A program made the position numbers and the translations under genes. 64,000 bases of DNA from an uncultured haloarchaeon. GTDB taxonomy: Archaea; Halobacteriota; Halobacteria; Halobacteriales; Haladaptataceae. Shown one piece after another: positions 12,762-23,892 of this stretch (positions are counted from its first letter, which is position 1; each line of letters starts with the position of its first letter). The notes under the pieces are model-generated. The model saw nothing but the letters and a program-made list of their open reading frames with translations, ran no database searches and had not been told where the DNA came from. Where the stretch lies: positions 136,026 through 200,025 of the forward strand of contig CAWEQN010000006.1 of NCBI GenBank assembly GCA_963811185.1. Direction: 5' to 3'.

Positions 12762-13359
12762 GTGGAGTTTAGCGACACGTTCGAAATCGCGGACACCACC
12801 CGCGAGGAGGCGTGGCTGGCGCTCTCGGACCTGATAATGATAAAGGAGGCACTGCCGGGGTGCCAGTTCCTCACACGCGTCGAGAGCGAGGACGTGGACT
12901 TCGATGCGCTCCGCGAGCAAGCGTCGGACGACGACCCGCCGACGCTCCCCGAGGCGGATACGGAGGACATCGCCGAACGAGCGTTCGAGGAGGGCGCACA
13001 CTACGCCGCGCTGATGGAAATCGGCGTCGGCAGCGTCAAGCCCTCGTTCGAAACGGTCGTCACCATCACCGAACGGGAGTTCGCCCACATGTCGGCCGAG
13101 GGTGCAAGGGGATGCCAGTAACTCCTCGTTCGAACTCAAAGCGGGGATGCAGTTGGCGGAGACGGAGGACGGCGTCGCCGTCGATTGGCAGGCCCAGACC
13201 GACGTGTTCGGACGCGTCGCACAGATGGGCCAACGCGTCATCAATCCGGTGGCGAACCGCGTCGTCAACCGATTTTTCGGCAACATCGAAGACCAACTAC
13301 GGGACGTCGAAACCGACGACAGCGGCGGACTCGGGGACAAAATCAGGGATATGTTATGA
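12762..13359 (+). CDS. coxG: CoxG/SRPBCC-family accessory protein (frameshift ~13105)
   Basis: W..LSD....ALPGC N-terminus; GRVAQMGQRVI..VANRVVNRFF C-terminus. Confidence 0.8.
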
Positions 13360-13860
13360 CGGAACACGACATCAGTATCACGGTAAACGGCGAGGAAAAG
13401 GACCTCACGGTCGAATCACGAACGCTGCTCGTTCACGCACTCCGCGACGAGTTGGGGTACACCGGCCCGAACGTCGGCTGTGAGAGCAGTACCTGCGGGG
13501 CGTGTACGGTTCATCTCGACGGCGACGCGGTCAAATCCTGTACCGTTCTCGCGGTACAGGCCGACGGCCATGACGTGACGACCGTCGAAGGGATTGGCCG
13601 ACGGCCGCGAACTCAACCCCCTCCAGGAGAGTTTTCAGGAGGAACACGGTCTCCAGTGTGGTTACTGCACCCCCGGCATGATAATGACGGCTCAGGAGTT
13701 CCTCGAAGAGAACCCCGACCCCTCGCGGGAGGAGATTCGCGAGGCGCTCGAAGGCAACCTCTGTCGGTGCACCGGCTATCAGAACATCGTCAACGCCGTC
13801 GAATCCGCCGCCGAGAAGATGCGCGCCGACGGAGCCACGACAGCGGCGGAGGGGGACTGA
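13356..13860 (+). CDS. coxS: 2x[2Fe-2S] small subunit (frameshift ~13590)
   Basis: [12 protein letters not shown]...SC and QCGYCTPG...NLCRCTGY. Confidence 0.92.
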
Positions 13861-13861
13861 G

Positions 13862-16243
13862 ATGTCCATCGAAACCGTGGACGCGGAGGACGTAGATATC
13901 GAGGAGGTGCTCGGGTCGGCCATCAAACGCCGCGAAGACCCCTCGCTCATCACGGGGCGGGCGGAGTACACGGACGACATTCAGCACCCGGACATGGTGC
14001 ACATGGCCGTCACGCGAAGCCAGTACGGCCACGCGAACATCGAATCCATCGACACCAGCGATGCCGAAGCGATGGACGGCGTCATCGCAGTGTACACCGC
14101 CGAGGACTTCGACGTTCCCGGCGAACTGCCGGTCGGGTGGTTGCTCGACAGCCTTCGGACCCCGCCCCACCCGATTCTGGCGAGCGAAAGGGTGCGCTAT
14201 CAGGGAGACGCGGTCGCCGTCGTCGTCGCCGACGACCGCTACATCGCAGGGGAGGCCGCCGACGCGGTGGACGTGGATTACGACCGCCTCGATGCGGTGA
14301 CGGACCCGGCCGAAGCGCTGGAGGACGACGCGCCGGTCCTCCACGAGGACCAGGGGGACAACGTCGCCTTCGACTGGGAGTTGGGCGACGCCGAGAAGAC
14401 CGACACGGCGTTCGAGGACGCCGCGACGGTCGTCGAAGCCGACCTGCACAATCAGTATCTCATCCCGAACGCGATGGAACCGCGCGCGACGGTGGCCGAG
14501 TACGACGCCGGGTCGGACGACCTCACGGTGGCCATGACCTCGCAGAACCCGCACCTCCACCGCCTGCTGATGTCCGGGGTCATCGACCACCCCGAACACA
14601 AACTCCACATCCGCGCGCCGGACGTGGGCGGCGGTTTCGGGTCGAAGATCCACCACTACGCGGACGAGGCGCTGACGGCGCTCTGTGCCCGCGAACTCGA
14701 ACGCCCCGTGAAGTGGGTCGCAACCCGCACCGAGACCTACGAGACGGACGCGCTCGGGCGGGGTCACGTCACCCACGCCAAAATGGCGCTGGACGAGGAC
14801 GGCAACATCACCGGATTCGACGTGGATACGAAGGCCAGTCTGGGAGCCTACCTCTCGACGTTCGCGCCGGCAGTGCCGACGTACCTCTACGGCACGCTCC
14901 TCTCGGGGCAGTACGACATCCCGGCCATCCACGTCTCCGTGGACGGCGCGTTCACTAACGTCCCGCCGGTCGATGCCTACCGAGGCGCTGGCCGTCCGGA
15001 AGCGTCCTACGTCGTCGAGCGCATGATAACGCTCGCGGCGCGCGAAATCGGCGAGGACCCGGCCGAATTTAGACGGAAGAACTTCGTCGGGTCGGACGAC
15101 TTCCCCTACCAGACGCAGGTCGCCGTCGAGTACGACAGCGGCGACTACGAGAAGACGCTGGACGAGGCGCTGGAGGCGCTCGATTACGACGAACTCCGGG
15201 AGCGGCAGGAAAAACTGCGCGACGAGGGGCGCTACATCGGCGTCGGCCTCTCGGCGTACATCGAGGCGTGCGGTCTCGCACCCTCGGAACTCGCCGGGCA
15301 ACTCGGCGCACAGGCCGGCCTCTGGGAGAGTTCGCTCGTCCGTATGCAGTCGTCCGGAACCGTCACCGCCTACTGCGGAACGTCCGGCCACGGACAGGGC
15401 CACGGCACGACCTACGCCCAAATCATCGCCGACGAACTCGGCGTCCCCTACGACGACGTGGAAATCGTGGAGGGCGACACCGACGAGGTGCCACAGGGAA
15501 TGGGTACCTACGGCAGTCGAAGCGCGGCGGTCGGCGGCAGTTCGCTGGCGACGAGCGCCGGGAAAATCGTGGAGAAGGCGAGGAAAATCGCCGCCCACCA
15601 GTTCGAGGCCGACGAGGACGACGTGGAGTTCCACAACGGCGAGTTCCGACTCGTCGGGGCACCGGACAGGAGCGTCACCATTCAGGAAATCGCCGGGGAG
15701 GCATACCTCGGCCACGACATCCCGGACGGGATGGAACCCGGCTTGGAAGCCACCTCGTTCTACGACCCGGAGAACTTCACGTTCCCGTTCGGTCTGCACG
15801 CTTGCGTCGTGGAGGTGGACCCCGACTCCGGCGAAATCGACATCGAACGCTACGTCGCCGTGGACGACGTCGGCAACCAGATAAATCCGAAAATCGTGGA
15901 GGGGCAGGTTCACGGCGGCGTCGCACAGGGCCTCGGACAGGCGCTGTACGAGGGCGCGGTGTACGACGACAACGGCACGCTCCTCACGGGGTCGATGCAG
16001 GACTACGCCGTCCCGAAGGCACAACACATCCCCGAAATCGAGACCCGAAGCACGGTGACGCCGTGTCCGCACAACCCGCTCGGCGTGAAAGGCGTCGGCG
16101 AGGCGGGCACCATCGCCGCGCCGCAAGCGCTCGTCAACGCCGTCACGGACGCGTTGGAACCGTTCGGCGTGGACGACATCGAGATGCCGCTGACGCCCGA
16201 ACGGGTGTGGCGTGCGGTCGAGGAGAACGGAGGTGAGAACTGA
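13862..16243 (+). CDS. coxL: CoxL-like (form II/CutA-type) molybdopterin large subunit, copy 2
   Basis: Intact 793 aa; GGGFGSK, AYRGAGRPE, GQGHGT, KGVGEAG. Confidence 0.92.
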   Translation: MSIETVDAEDVDIEEVLGSAIKRREDPSLITGRAEYTDDIQHPDMVHMAVTRSQYGHANIESIDTSDAEAMDGVIAVYTAEDFDVPGELPVGWLLDSLRTPPHPILASERVRYQGDAVAVVVADDRYIAGEAADAVDVDYDRLDAVTDPAEALEDDAPVLHEDQGDNVAFDWELGDAEKTDTAFEDAATVVEADLHNQYLIPNAMEPRATVAEYDAGSDDLTVAMTSQNPHLHRLLMSGVIDHPEHKLHIRAPDVGGGFGSKIHHYADEALTALCARELERPVKWVATRTETYETDALGRGHVTHAKMALDEDGNITGFDVDTKASLGAYLSTFAPAVPTYLYGTLLSGQYDIPAIHVSVDGAFTNVPPVDAYRGAGRPEASYVVERMITLAAREIGEDPAEFRRKNFVGSDDFPYQTQVAVEYDSGDYEKTLDEALEALDYDELRERQEKLRDEGRYIGVGLSAYIEACGLAPSELAGQLGAQAGLWESSLVRMQSSGTVTAYCGTSGHGQGHGTTYAQIIADELGVPYDDVEIVEGDTDEVPQGMGTYGSRSAAVGGSSLATSAGKIVEKARKIAAHQFEADEDDVEFHNGEFRLVGAPDRSVTIQEIAGEAYLGHDIPDGMEPGLEATSFYDPENFTFPFGLHACVVEVDPDSGEIDIERYVAVDDVGNQINPKIVEGQVHGGVAQGLGQALYEGAVYDDNGTLLTGSMQDYAVPKAQHIPEIETRSTVTPCPHNPLGVKGVGEAGTIAAPQALVNAVTDALEPFGVDDIEMPLTPERVWRAVEENGGEN

Positions 16244-17136
16244 TGTTCCCGGCGGAGTTCGACTACTACGAAGCGTCGAGCGTCTCCGAGGCGCTCGATT
16301 TGATGGACGAGCACGGCGACGAGGACGTGGAACTGCTCGCGGGGGGCCACAGTCTCCTCCCGACGATGAAGTCCGGCCTCGCCAGCCCCGGCGCGCTCAT
16401 CGACATCAGCGGCATCGACGCCATCTCGGGCATCGAGACGGACGGCGACACGACGACCATCGGCGCGATGACGAACTACGTCGACGTCGTCGAATCCCCG
16501 GAACTCGCCGAGAACGTCTCGGTCTTCCCGAGTGCCGTCGAACAACTGGGTGACGTACAGGTCAGGAACCGCGGCACCGTCGGCGGCAACCTCGCGCACG
16601 CCGACCCGGCCTCCGACCTCCCGGCGGCGGCCCTCGCGGCGGACGCGACGATAGTCGTGGAAGGCAGTGACGGCGAACGCGAGATTCCGGTGGACGACTT
16701 CTTCCTCGGCATGTACGCGACCGATATCGCGGAGGACGAACTCCTCACCGAGGTTCGACTCCCGAACGCGCCCGACGTCGGCGGCGTGTACGAAAAGAAA
16801 CGGAGTCCGTCCTCGGGCTACGCGATGGTCGGCGTCGCCGCCGCCCTCGAAGTCGATGGCGACGAGGTGACATCGGCCCGCGTCGCCGCGAACGGCGTGA
16901 TGGACCACGGCGTCCGCCTCGAACCCGTCGAGGACGCGCTCGTCGGCGAATCGGCGGACGAGGAAACGCTCGCCGACGCCGCCGACCACGCCGGCGACGA
17001 TTTGGACGAGATGCTGATGATGGACGACGTGCAGGCCTCGGCCGAGTTCCGCGCCCACCTCCTGACGGTGTACACGAAGCGTGCGCTGGAATCGGCGGTC
17101 GAACGGGCGCAGGGGACGGCGGCTACCGCCGACTAA
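16243..17136 (+). CDS. coxM: FAD-binding medium subunit
   Basis: MFPAEFDY, LAGGHSLLP, QVRNRGTVGGNLAHADPASD. Confidence 0.93.
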   Translation: MFPAEFDYYEASSVSEALDLMDEHGDEDVELLAGGHSLLPTMKSGLASPGALIDISGIDAISGIETDGDTTTIGAMTNYVDVVESPELAENVSVFPSAVEQLGDVQVRNRGTVGGNLAHADPASDLPAAALAADATIVVEGSDGEREIPVDDFFLGMYATDIAEDELLTEVRLPNAPDVGGVYEKKRSPSSGYAMVGVAAALEVDGDEVTSARVAANGVMDHGVRLEPVEDALVGESADEETLADAADHAGDDLDEMLMMDDVQASAEFRAHLLTVYTKRALESAVERAQGTAATAD

Positions 17137-17224
17137 CCCTTGAACGCCTACACCCTATGGGGGACCGTGACAGGAATCGACGGGACGGGCGAAGGGGTCC
17201 GCCCGCCCCGCACGGAGGGAGTCG

Positions 17225-18148
17225 ATGACGGGAACCGACGGGTTCGACGCCGTGACGGAAGCGGAGCTTCGGGCGGTGTTCGACGGCGAGGAGTACGTCG
17301 CCGAGGACGAAATCGTGACGACGGTGCTGTTAGCGCTGCGGATGGGCAAGCCGCTCCTCGTGGAGGGCGAACCCGGCGCGGGGAAGACCGAACTCGCCAA
17401 GGTGCTCGCCGACGGGTTCGACACGGACCTCGTCCGTCTGCAGTGCTACGAGGGACTGGCCGCCGAGAACGCGCTGTACGAGTGGAACTACACGAAGCAG
17501 TTGCTCGCCATCCAGTCCGGCGAAGGCGGCGTCGCCGACGACGATTCCGTCTTCGACGAGGAGTATCTGCTCTCCCGACCGCTTCTCGAAGCGCTCTCGG
17601 GTGAGGGCGACCGTCCCTCGGTCCTCCTCGTGGACGAGGTGGACCGCGCCGACGAGGAGTTCGAAGCGCTCCTGCTCGAACTCCTCTCGGACTTTCAGGT
17701 GTCCATCCCCGAACTCGGCACCGTCGAAGCCACGACGCCGCCGGTCGTGATACTCACCTCGAACCGAACGCGGGGACTGAGCGATGCCCTGAAGCGCCGG
17801 TGTCTGTACCTCTACGTGGACCCGCCGTCCGTCGAGAAGGAACGGGCAATCATCGAACGGAAAGTGCCGGAACTCGGCGACGGACTCGCGGCCGACGTCT
17901 GTGGTGTCGCCGAGCGACTCCGAAACCGACCGCTCAGAAAGCGCCCCGGACTCGCCGAGACGCTCGACTGGGCGGAGGCGCTGACCGTCCTCGACGATGG
18001 AAGCGAGGAGGTGAGGGACGGGAGCATCTCTCGGTCGAGACGGCCCGGCAAACCCTCGGCTGTCTGCTGAAGGACGCCGAGGACGTCGAGCGAATCGACG
18101 ACGAGGTGCTCGACGTCCCTGCTCGCGGAGGTGCACGCCGAGTCGTGA
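17225..18148 (+). CDS. coxD: CoxD-type MoxR AAA+ ATPase (3' frameshifts)
   Basis: GEPGAGKT, LQCYEG, YEWNY, DEVDRAD, LKRRC. Confidence 0.88.
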
Positions 18149-19426
18149 GTTCCCCACCGTCCGAACCGCCTGCCGACCGACTCCGGGGCGAACTCGTGGA
18201 GTTCACGGCACAACTCGGTCGGAGCCGGCACGAACGTTCCAGCGGACGGCGCGCTCTCCGCCGCACGAGCGCTGACCGCCATCGAGCGCCGCGACCGCGA
18301 AGGCGTGCGGACCGCGCTTCGGGCGACGCTCCTCTCCGACGTGACCGCCCGGGAGTCGTTCGACCGACTGTTTCCCGTGTTCTGGGCGCGCCTTCGTGGC
18401 GAGGACCGTCCGTATCCGGCGGACCCATCCGACGCCCCGTCGCCCGGCAGGCCGAACGTCGGGAGCGACGGCGCGACTGCCGAGCAGACGGGAACGAGTC
18501 CGAGCGGAATGAGGGCGAAAAATCGAGGGTCGGAGACGGGAGCGGGAGCGACCGTCTCTCCGGAGGGATCGACTGCTGGAAACACGAAGACGAAGACCGC
18601 CGCTCAGTACAGTCCCAGCGGCGACTCCGACAGGTTCTCCACGGCGACGGTCGCCGTCCATGACGAGGAACGAGTCGCGGACGCGACGGCGGAGTTCACG
18701 CGGGCCGTGTCGTCGCTTCCGGGGCGACGGTGGAACCCGACCTCGGACTCCCGCGGCGTGGACGCCCGCCGAGCGCTCCGCCGGAGCGTCGAGAACGGTG
18801 GCACGCCGCTTCCGATTCCCGGCCGGGTTCGAAAACGAACCGAAACCCGCGGCGCGGTGCTGGTGGACGTGAGCCAATCCGTTCTGGACACCGTGGACCG
18901 CGGTTTTCTGCTCCAATTTCTGCGGGAGGTGCGAGCGGCGTGGCGACGGACGCCGATATTCTTCTTCGACACCGAACTCCGCGAGGTGAGCGCGGCGTTC
19001 GACGAACCGACGCTTCACGACGCGCTGTCGGCGCTGGAGACAGCGCGAACCGAGTGGGGCGGCGGGACGCGAATCGGGAGCGCGCTCGGCGCGCTTCGGG
19101 ACGAGCACGCCGAGGCTATCGACTGGCGGAGCACCGTCGTCATCCTCAGCGACGGGTTGGAACGCGGCGACGTGGACGACCTCTCGACGGCGATGGCGTG
19201 GCTGTCGCGGCGCGCCGGGCAGGTGCTCTGGCTGAACCCGCTGGCCGTGTCGCCAGCCTACGAACCCGCTTGTCGTGGGATGCAGGCCGCACTGCCGTAC
19301 CTCGACGGCCTGTACGGATTCGCCGACGCCGACGACCTGTATCGAATCGCGACTAACCTCTCCCGCTACGGGCCGGAGCGGACGCTCACGCGTCAGCGGA
19401 GGGGACGGATGGAGGAAGTACAATGA
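18145..19426 (+). CDS. coxE: CoxE VWA-domain protein (5' frameshifts)
   Basis: DVSQS, GGGTRIG, SDGLERG, WLNPL; GTGA overlap with coxD inferred. Confidence 0.85.
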
Positions 19427-20530
19427 GTGACCCCGAACAAAGCGAGTGGAGCGTACCGGAACGGGAACTGATGACGAGCATCCGCGAACGACTGGATGCC
19501 GACCAACCGGCCATGCTGGCGACGGTCGTGGACGTTCGCGGGAGCGCCTACCGACGACCCGGCGCGAAGATGGTCGTCTCGCCCACCGAGGGCGGCGTCG
19601 GCGCGATTACCGCCGGCTGTCTCGAAGACGAGGTTCGGAACCTGGCCGACCGAGTGCTCGACGACGGCGACCCGAAACTGGAGACGTTCGACCTGAGCGG
19701 CGACGACGACGAGTGGGGTCTCGGCGTCGGGTGCAACGGCGTCATCGACCTGTTCTTGGAACCGCTGGACGAAGGAATGCGACCCGCCGTCGAGGCCTAC
19801 GAACGGGGTGAAGAGACAACGGTTGCTACCGTAGTGGCGACCGACGACGAACGGGTCGAAGTGGGTGACCGGGCCTACTCGGACGGCTTCGACGGCCTCC
19901 CCGAGGAGGTCGGGGACGCGATTCGGGCCGCCGATGTCGAGCGCTCGCGGACCATCGACGTGGAAACCGACGAGGGGACCGATAACCTCCGTGTTCGTCG
20001 ACCGCATCGTCCCGCCGGCGGAGTTGGTCATCGTCGGCGGCGGCCACGACGTCAGCCCCGTCGTGGATTTGGCGTTGAACGTGGATTTCCGCGTCACGGT
20101 CGCCACCTTCCGTGGGGCCGACCGGGCGAAAGAACGGTTCCCCGACGCCGACCGCGTGCTCTCGACCTCGCCGCGGTCGTTGACCGACGACGTGCCGTTC
20201 GACGCGAACACCTACGTCGTCGTGATGTCGCACAACTTCATCGACGACCGACTCGCGCTCGCCGAACTGCTCGCGACCGACGTGCCGTACATCGGCCTGA
20301 TGGGTCCGAAAGAACGGTTCGAGGAGATGCTGGACGCCTTCGAGGAGGAAGGCGAGGCGTTGGATAACCTCGACCGCGTCTACACGCCGGTCGGTCTCGA
20401 CCTCGGCGGGGGCGCGCCGTATCAGGTCGCACACAGCATCGTCGCCGAGGCGCTGGCCGTCCGAAACGGCCGCGAGGGGTCACACCTCCGGGCGGGCGAT
20501 GGCTCCGTACACAATCGGTCGAGCGACTGA
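19423..20530 (+). CDS. xdhC: XdhC/CoxF molybdenum cofactor insertion chaperone (frameshift ~19985)
   Basis: GSAYRRPGAKM, GCLE, GCNG; GGGH, SHN, YIGLMG, PVGLDLG. Confidence 0.9.
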
Positions 20531-20583
20531 GACGGGACACACCCGGAAGCGATAGAGGAGAAATGCTCGACGGCGGGGGGCGA

Positions 20584-21051
20584 CTACAGCGACGCCAGTC
20601 GAGCGATGTAGATGAGACTCAAGACGTGGTCGCTCATATCGAGCGACGCGGGTCCCGCCGAGCCGAATCGGTCGGTTTCCGAGAACCCGTACAGATACGA
20701 CCGAAGGGATTCGTAGGCATCATCGTTCACCCAATCGATATCGGCGTAGTACGAGAGCGCGTTTCCGGTGTGTTCGAAGCCGGACTTTTCGATGAGGAAA
20801 TCGAGCCACTCGAAAACGATGACTTCCGCGCCGTACCTCATCGGAAGGCCGGTCAGATAGGGTTTTTCCGGAAGGCCACCGGACGCCAATAGCTTCGTCT
20901 GGAGTTTCAGCAGTTCCTCTCGCTGTCCGAGCCGGAGTAAGTCCTCGGCCGTCCGTTCGCCGTCGCTCGCAGTGAGGTCGATAGGGGGTTCGTCCTCGGA
21001 AGCCATCCTGCGAAGTTCGCGCAGGTCGTAATCGGCTGGTTTGATACTCAT
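20584..21051 (-). CDS. FlaD/FlaE (ArlD/E)-domain protein
   Basis: P.DYDLRELR N-terminus; KPYL..LP..Y..E...FEWL.FL, YY..IDW, DH.LSL..I..L. Confidence 0.8.
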   Translation of the reverse strand: MSIKPADYDLRELRRMASEDEPPIDLTASDGERTAEDLLRLGQREELLKLQTKLLASGGLPEKPYLTGLPMRYGAEVIVFEWLDFLIEKSGFEHTGNALSYYADIDWVNDDAYESLRSYLYGFSETDRFGSAGPASLDMSDHVLSLIYIARLASL

Positions 21052-21141
21052 TCTGATATTTAGAAGACAACCATTTCAACTACTTAACTCTTGGTACGGT
21101 GCGTTTGTCGAAACTGCAGTTCAAAAATGAGAGATGTTCGA

Positions 21142-21513
21142 TTACTCGTCGGATGCGCCGCTTCGGCGCTTTCGTGCGACGAGCGCGAGACAGACGACGC
21201 TCGCCAGAAGGCCGAACATGCGAGCTTTTCCGTTTCCGCCGGACTCGGTTTCGAACTCCTCGGCGTCGAACTTCTCGGCGTCGAATTCGGATGAGTCGTC
21301 CTCGCTCGAACCGGAGCGGCGCATGTAGACGAACAGAACGGCACCGACGGCGAGGACGAGACCGAGAAGCGGTTTCAACAGTCCCATCGACGACGAGTCC
21401 GCCGACTCGGATTTCATGCTGGTGGTTGCGGTTGCGGGTGCGGAATCCTCGTCCGGATACACTCGTTCCTCGACGAGTGCCGGTTTTTCGATGTTGATTT
21501 TGAGGAGTGACAT
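21142..21513 (-). CDS. Hypothetical membrane protein (two hydrophobic segments, acidic loop)
   Basis: ORF with TM-like segments each followed by RR/KRR. Confidence 0.6.
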   Translation of the reverse strand: MSLLKINIEKPALVEERVYPDEDSAPATATTSMKSESADSSSMGLLKPLLGLVLAVGAVLFVYMRRSGSSEDDSSEFDAEKFDAEEFETESGGNGKARMFGLLASVVCLALVARKRRSGASDE

Positions 21514-21647
21514 CACGAGTCCATTCGTCACGGAAGGACGTTATAGCTTCTGCCTCTCGCCGGTGTTACCATAGCGACATCGAGAATGGCGGAATGATTT
21601 CATAAATCACCCGTCACACTTACGGTGGTCAACTGATACGGGAAGGT

Positions 21648-22442
21648 ATGGCAACGACTATCCGCGTGTTACTGGTCGATGACGAACCAGACCTCGCGGA
21701 TATGACGTCCCTGTTTTTGGAGCGGGAACGGGAGGTGTTCGAGACACACGCGGAGACGAACCCGAACGACGTACTCACTCAACTCGATGCCGACGACTTC
21801 GACTGTGTCGTCAGCGACTACGACATGCCGGAGATGAACGGACTCGAACTGCTCGATATCGTCCGGGAATCACACCCCGACCTCCCGTTCATCCTGTTCA
21901 CAGGGAAGGGAAGCGAAGAAATCGCGAGCGAGGCAATCTCCGCCGGGGTTTCGGGCTATCTCCAGAAGGAAACCGGCGTGGACCAGTACACCGTCCTCGC
22001 GAACGTCGTCGAGAACACCGTGGAGAAACACCGTGCCGAACGCGCCCTTCACGAAAGCGAGCGACGATTCGAAGCCGTGTTCAACGACCCGTTCTCGTTC
22101 ATCGGTCTCCTCGAAACCGACGGCACCATCATCACGGTCAATCGAACGGCGCTCGATGCAGTTCAGCAGGAACCCGAAGCGGTGGAGGGAAAACCGTTCT
22201 GGGAAACGCCGTGGTGGGCGTTTTCGAGCGACCTACAGGACGAACTCCGCGATCGAATCACGGACGCCGCGAACGGCGAATTCGTCCGGTTTCGCGCCGA
22301 GAACCGAACCGAAGAGTCGGGACAGATAGACCTCGACGTTATCATCCGTCCGGTTCACGGCGATTCGGGGGCCGTGGAGACGCTCATCGCCGAAGGACGA
22401 AGCGCCGAATGCATCGAAGAGTGGGCCGAAAAGTTAGGGTGA
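21648..22442 (+). CDS. Response regulator receiver + PAS domain protein
   Basis: VLLVDDE, VSDYDMPEMNG, FTGKGSE, YLQK; PAS with GKPFWETPWW. Confidence 0.9.
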   Translation: MATTIRVLLVDDEPDLADMTSLFLEREREVFETHAETNPNDVLTQLDADDFDCVVSDYDMPEMNGLELLDIVRESHPDLPFILFTGKGSEEIASEAISAGVSGYLQKETGVDQYTVLANVVENTVEKHRAERALHESERRFEAVFNDPFSFIGLLETDGTIITVNRTALDAVQQEPEAVEGKPFWETPWWAFSSDLQDELRDRITDAANGEFVRFRAENRTEESGQIDLDVIIRPVHGDSGAVETLIAEGRSAECIEEWAEKLG

Positions 22443-23892
22443 CAACCCGCGAACCGCCTCTTCGAGCGTCCGCCGAACGCCGGAACTGACGACGAGAAGG
22501 ATACCCACGTAGACGGTTCCTCCGAGCGAAACGAGCGTGAGGAGGTCGCTCCACGACCCGACGGAGAGCGAACGGTGAACGACCGAGACGACGACGAACA
22601 TGGCGACGCTCGCGCCCACCTGTGCGACCATCGGGCGCGAAATCGGTTCGATGCCGACGAGTTCACCGCGGAGAAATCGGAGCGCGCCGAGATACATGAG
22701 CGACTCCGCGACGATGGTCGCGAGGACGACACCGATTACACCGAACCTGAGCGTCAGCAGGACGCCGAGGACGAGATTGACGACGACGGCAACCGCCGAG
22801 AGTCGCATCGCCACGTCCGGTCTGTCGAGACCGTTGAGCGCTTGGAAGAGCGGCCCGCTCTGCGTGCGAACGACGCGGTAGAGCGCGAGACCCACCAGCA
22901 GGATGGCGGCGTTCCGGTAGTCCGGGCCGTACACCGTCACGACGAGCGGTTCCGAAAGCGCGAGCGACCCGAAGAGGACGGGAAACGCGAGGATTCCGGC
23001 GTAGGCAAGCGTGTTCGAGATGTCGCGGGCAGGGCCGGTTTTCCGGTCGCGTCTGGCGCTCACCGTCGCCATGAGTCCCCGACCGGCCATGTCGGCGACG
23101 AAGACGGCCGGGAGGGTCAGTTTCCACGCGACTTCGTACAATCCGACCGCCGAGGTGCCGTCCACGAGCAGAAAGCCGAGCAGGAGCACGTCGAGGCGGT
23201 CGTACGTCGTACTCAATAGGGAACCGGGGATGCTGTACCGAGCGTACTCCGCGAGGCTTCGGACGAACGCGCGGGACGGTATCGTCGGACGGGCCGCAAC
23301 GTACGCGACGACGAGCGGGAGGGAGAGCGCGGAAGCGAGCGCGAGACCGTACACCATCCCGGCCGATCCGACCACGGCGGCGGTGCTGAGGAGCGCGACG
23401 AACCCGATTTGCAGGGGGAGAGTGAATACCGAGCGAAGGGTGTCCACCCACGTCGCGGCGCTGATTTTCCCCCGGCCCTGGACGAGGTTATCGAAGGATT
23501 CGTACACCGATTCGGTGGCGAGCAGGCAGACGAACAGGAACGGCGCGAGCGCGAGTCCGGTGTAGTTCCGGAGGAAGTCACCGACGAGGAAGGCGACTAC
23601 TGCGGCGAAAATGACCCATCCGACATCGAACAGCAGTTGTGCGCCGAAGGCGGGCGGGCCGGAGCGCGTCGGATTCGGAGAGGCGCTTTTTCGCCGCCTG
23701 CGACCAGCCGTTCATCGGCCGGTCGGCGAACTTCACCAGCGCGAAGAGGAGGTAGACGCCGCCGAACGCGCTCGGGCCGAGCCATCGCGCGAAGACGACG
23801 GTTCCGACGAAGCCGATGGCGGCCATCACGAACTGGGCGATGGTCCCGCCGAGTGTCTCCCGACTGAGGCTGGTTTTCGCCGCCTCGCTCAT
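22434..23892 (-). CDS. Polysaccharide flippase (Wzx/AglR-like, frameshifted ~23550-23670)
   Basis: ARWLGPSAFG N-terminus; DVLLLG..., VGLYEVAWKL, many TM helices. Confidence 0.85.

Noticed and set aside
13862-16243. Bona fide aerobic CO dehydrogenase
   Set aside because: Lacks the form I AYXCSFR motif and has S-L-M gene order.
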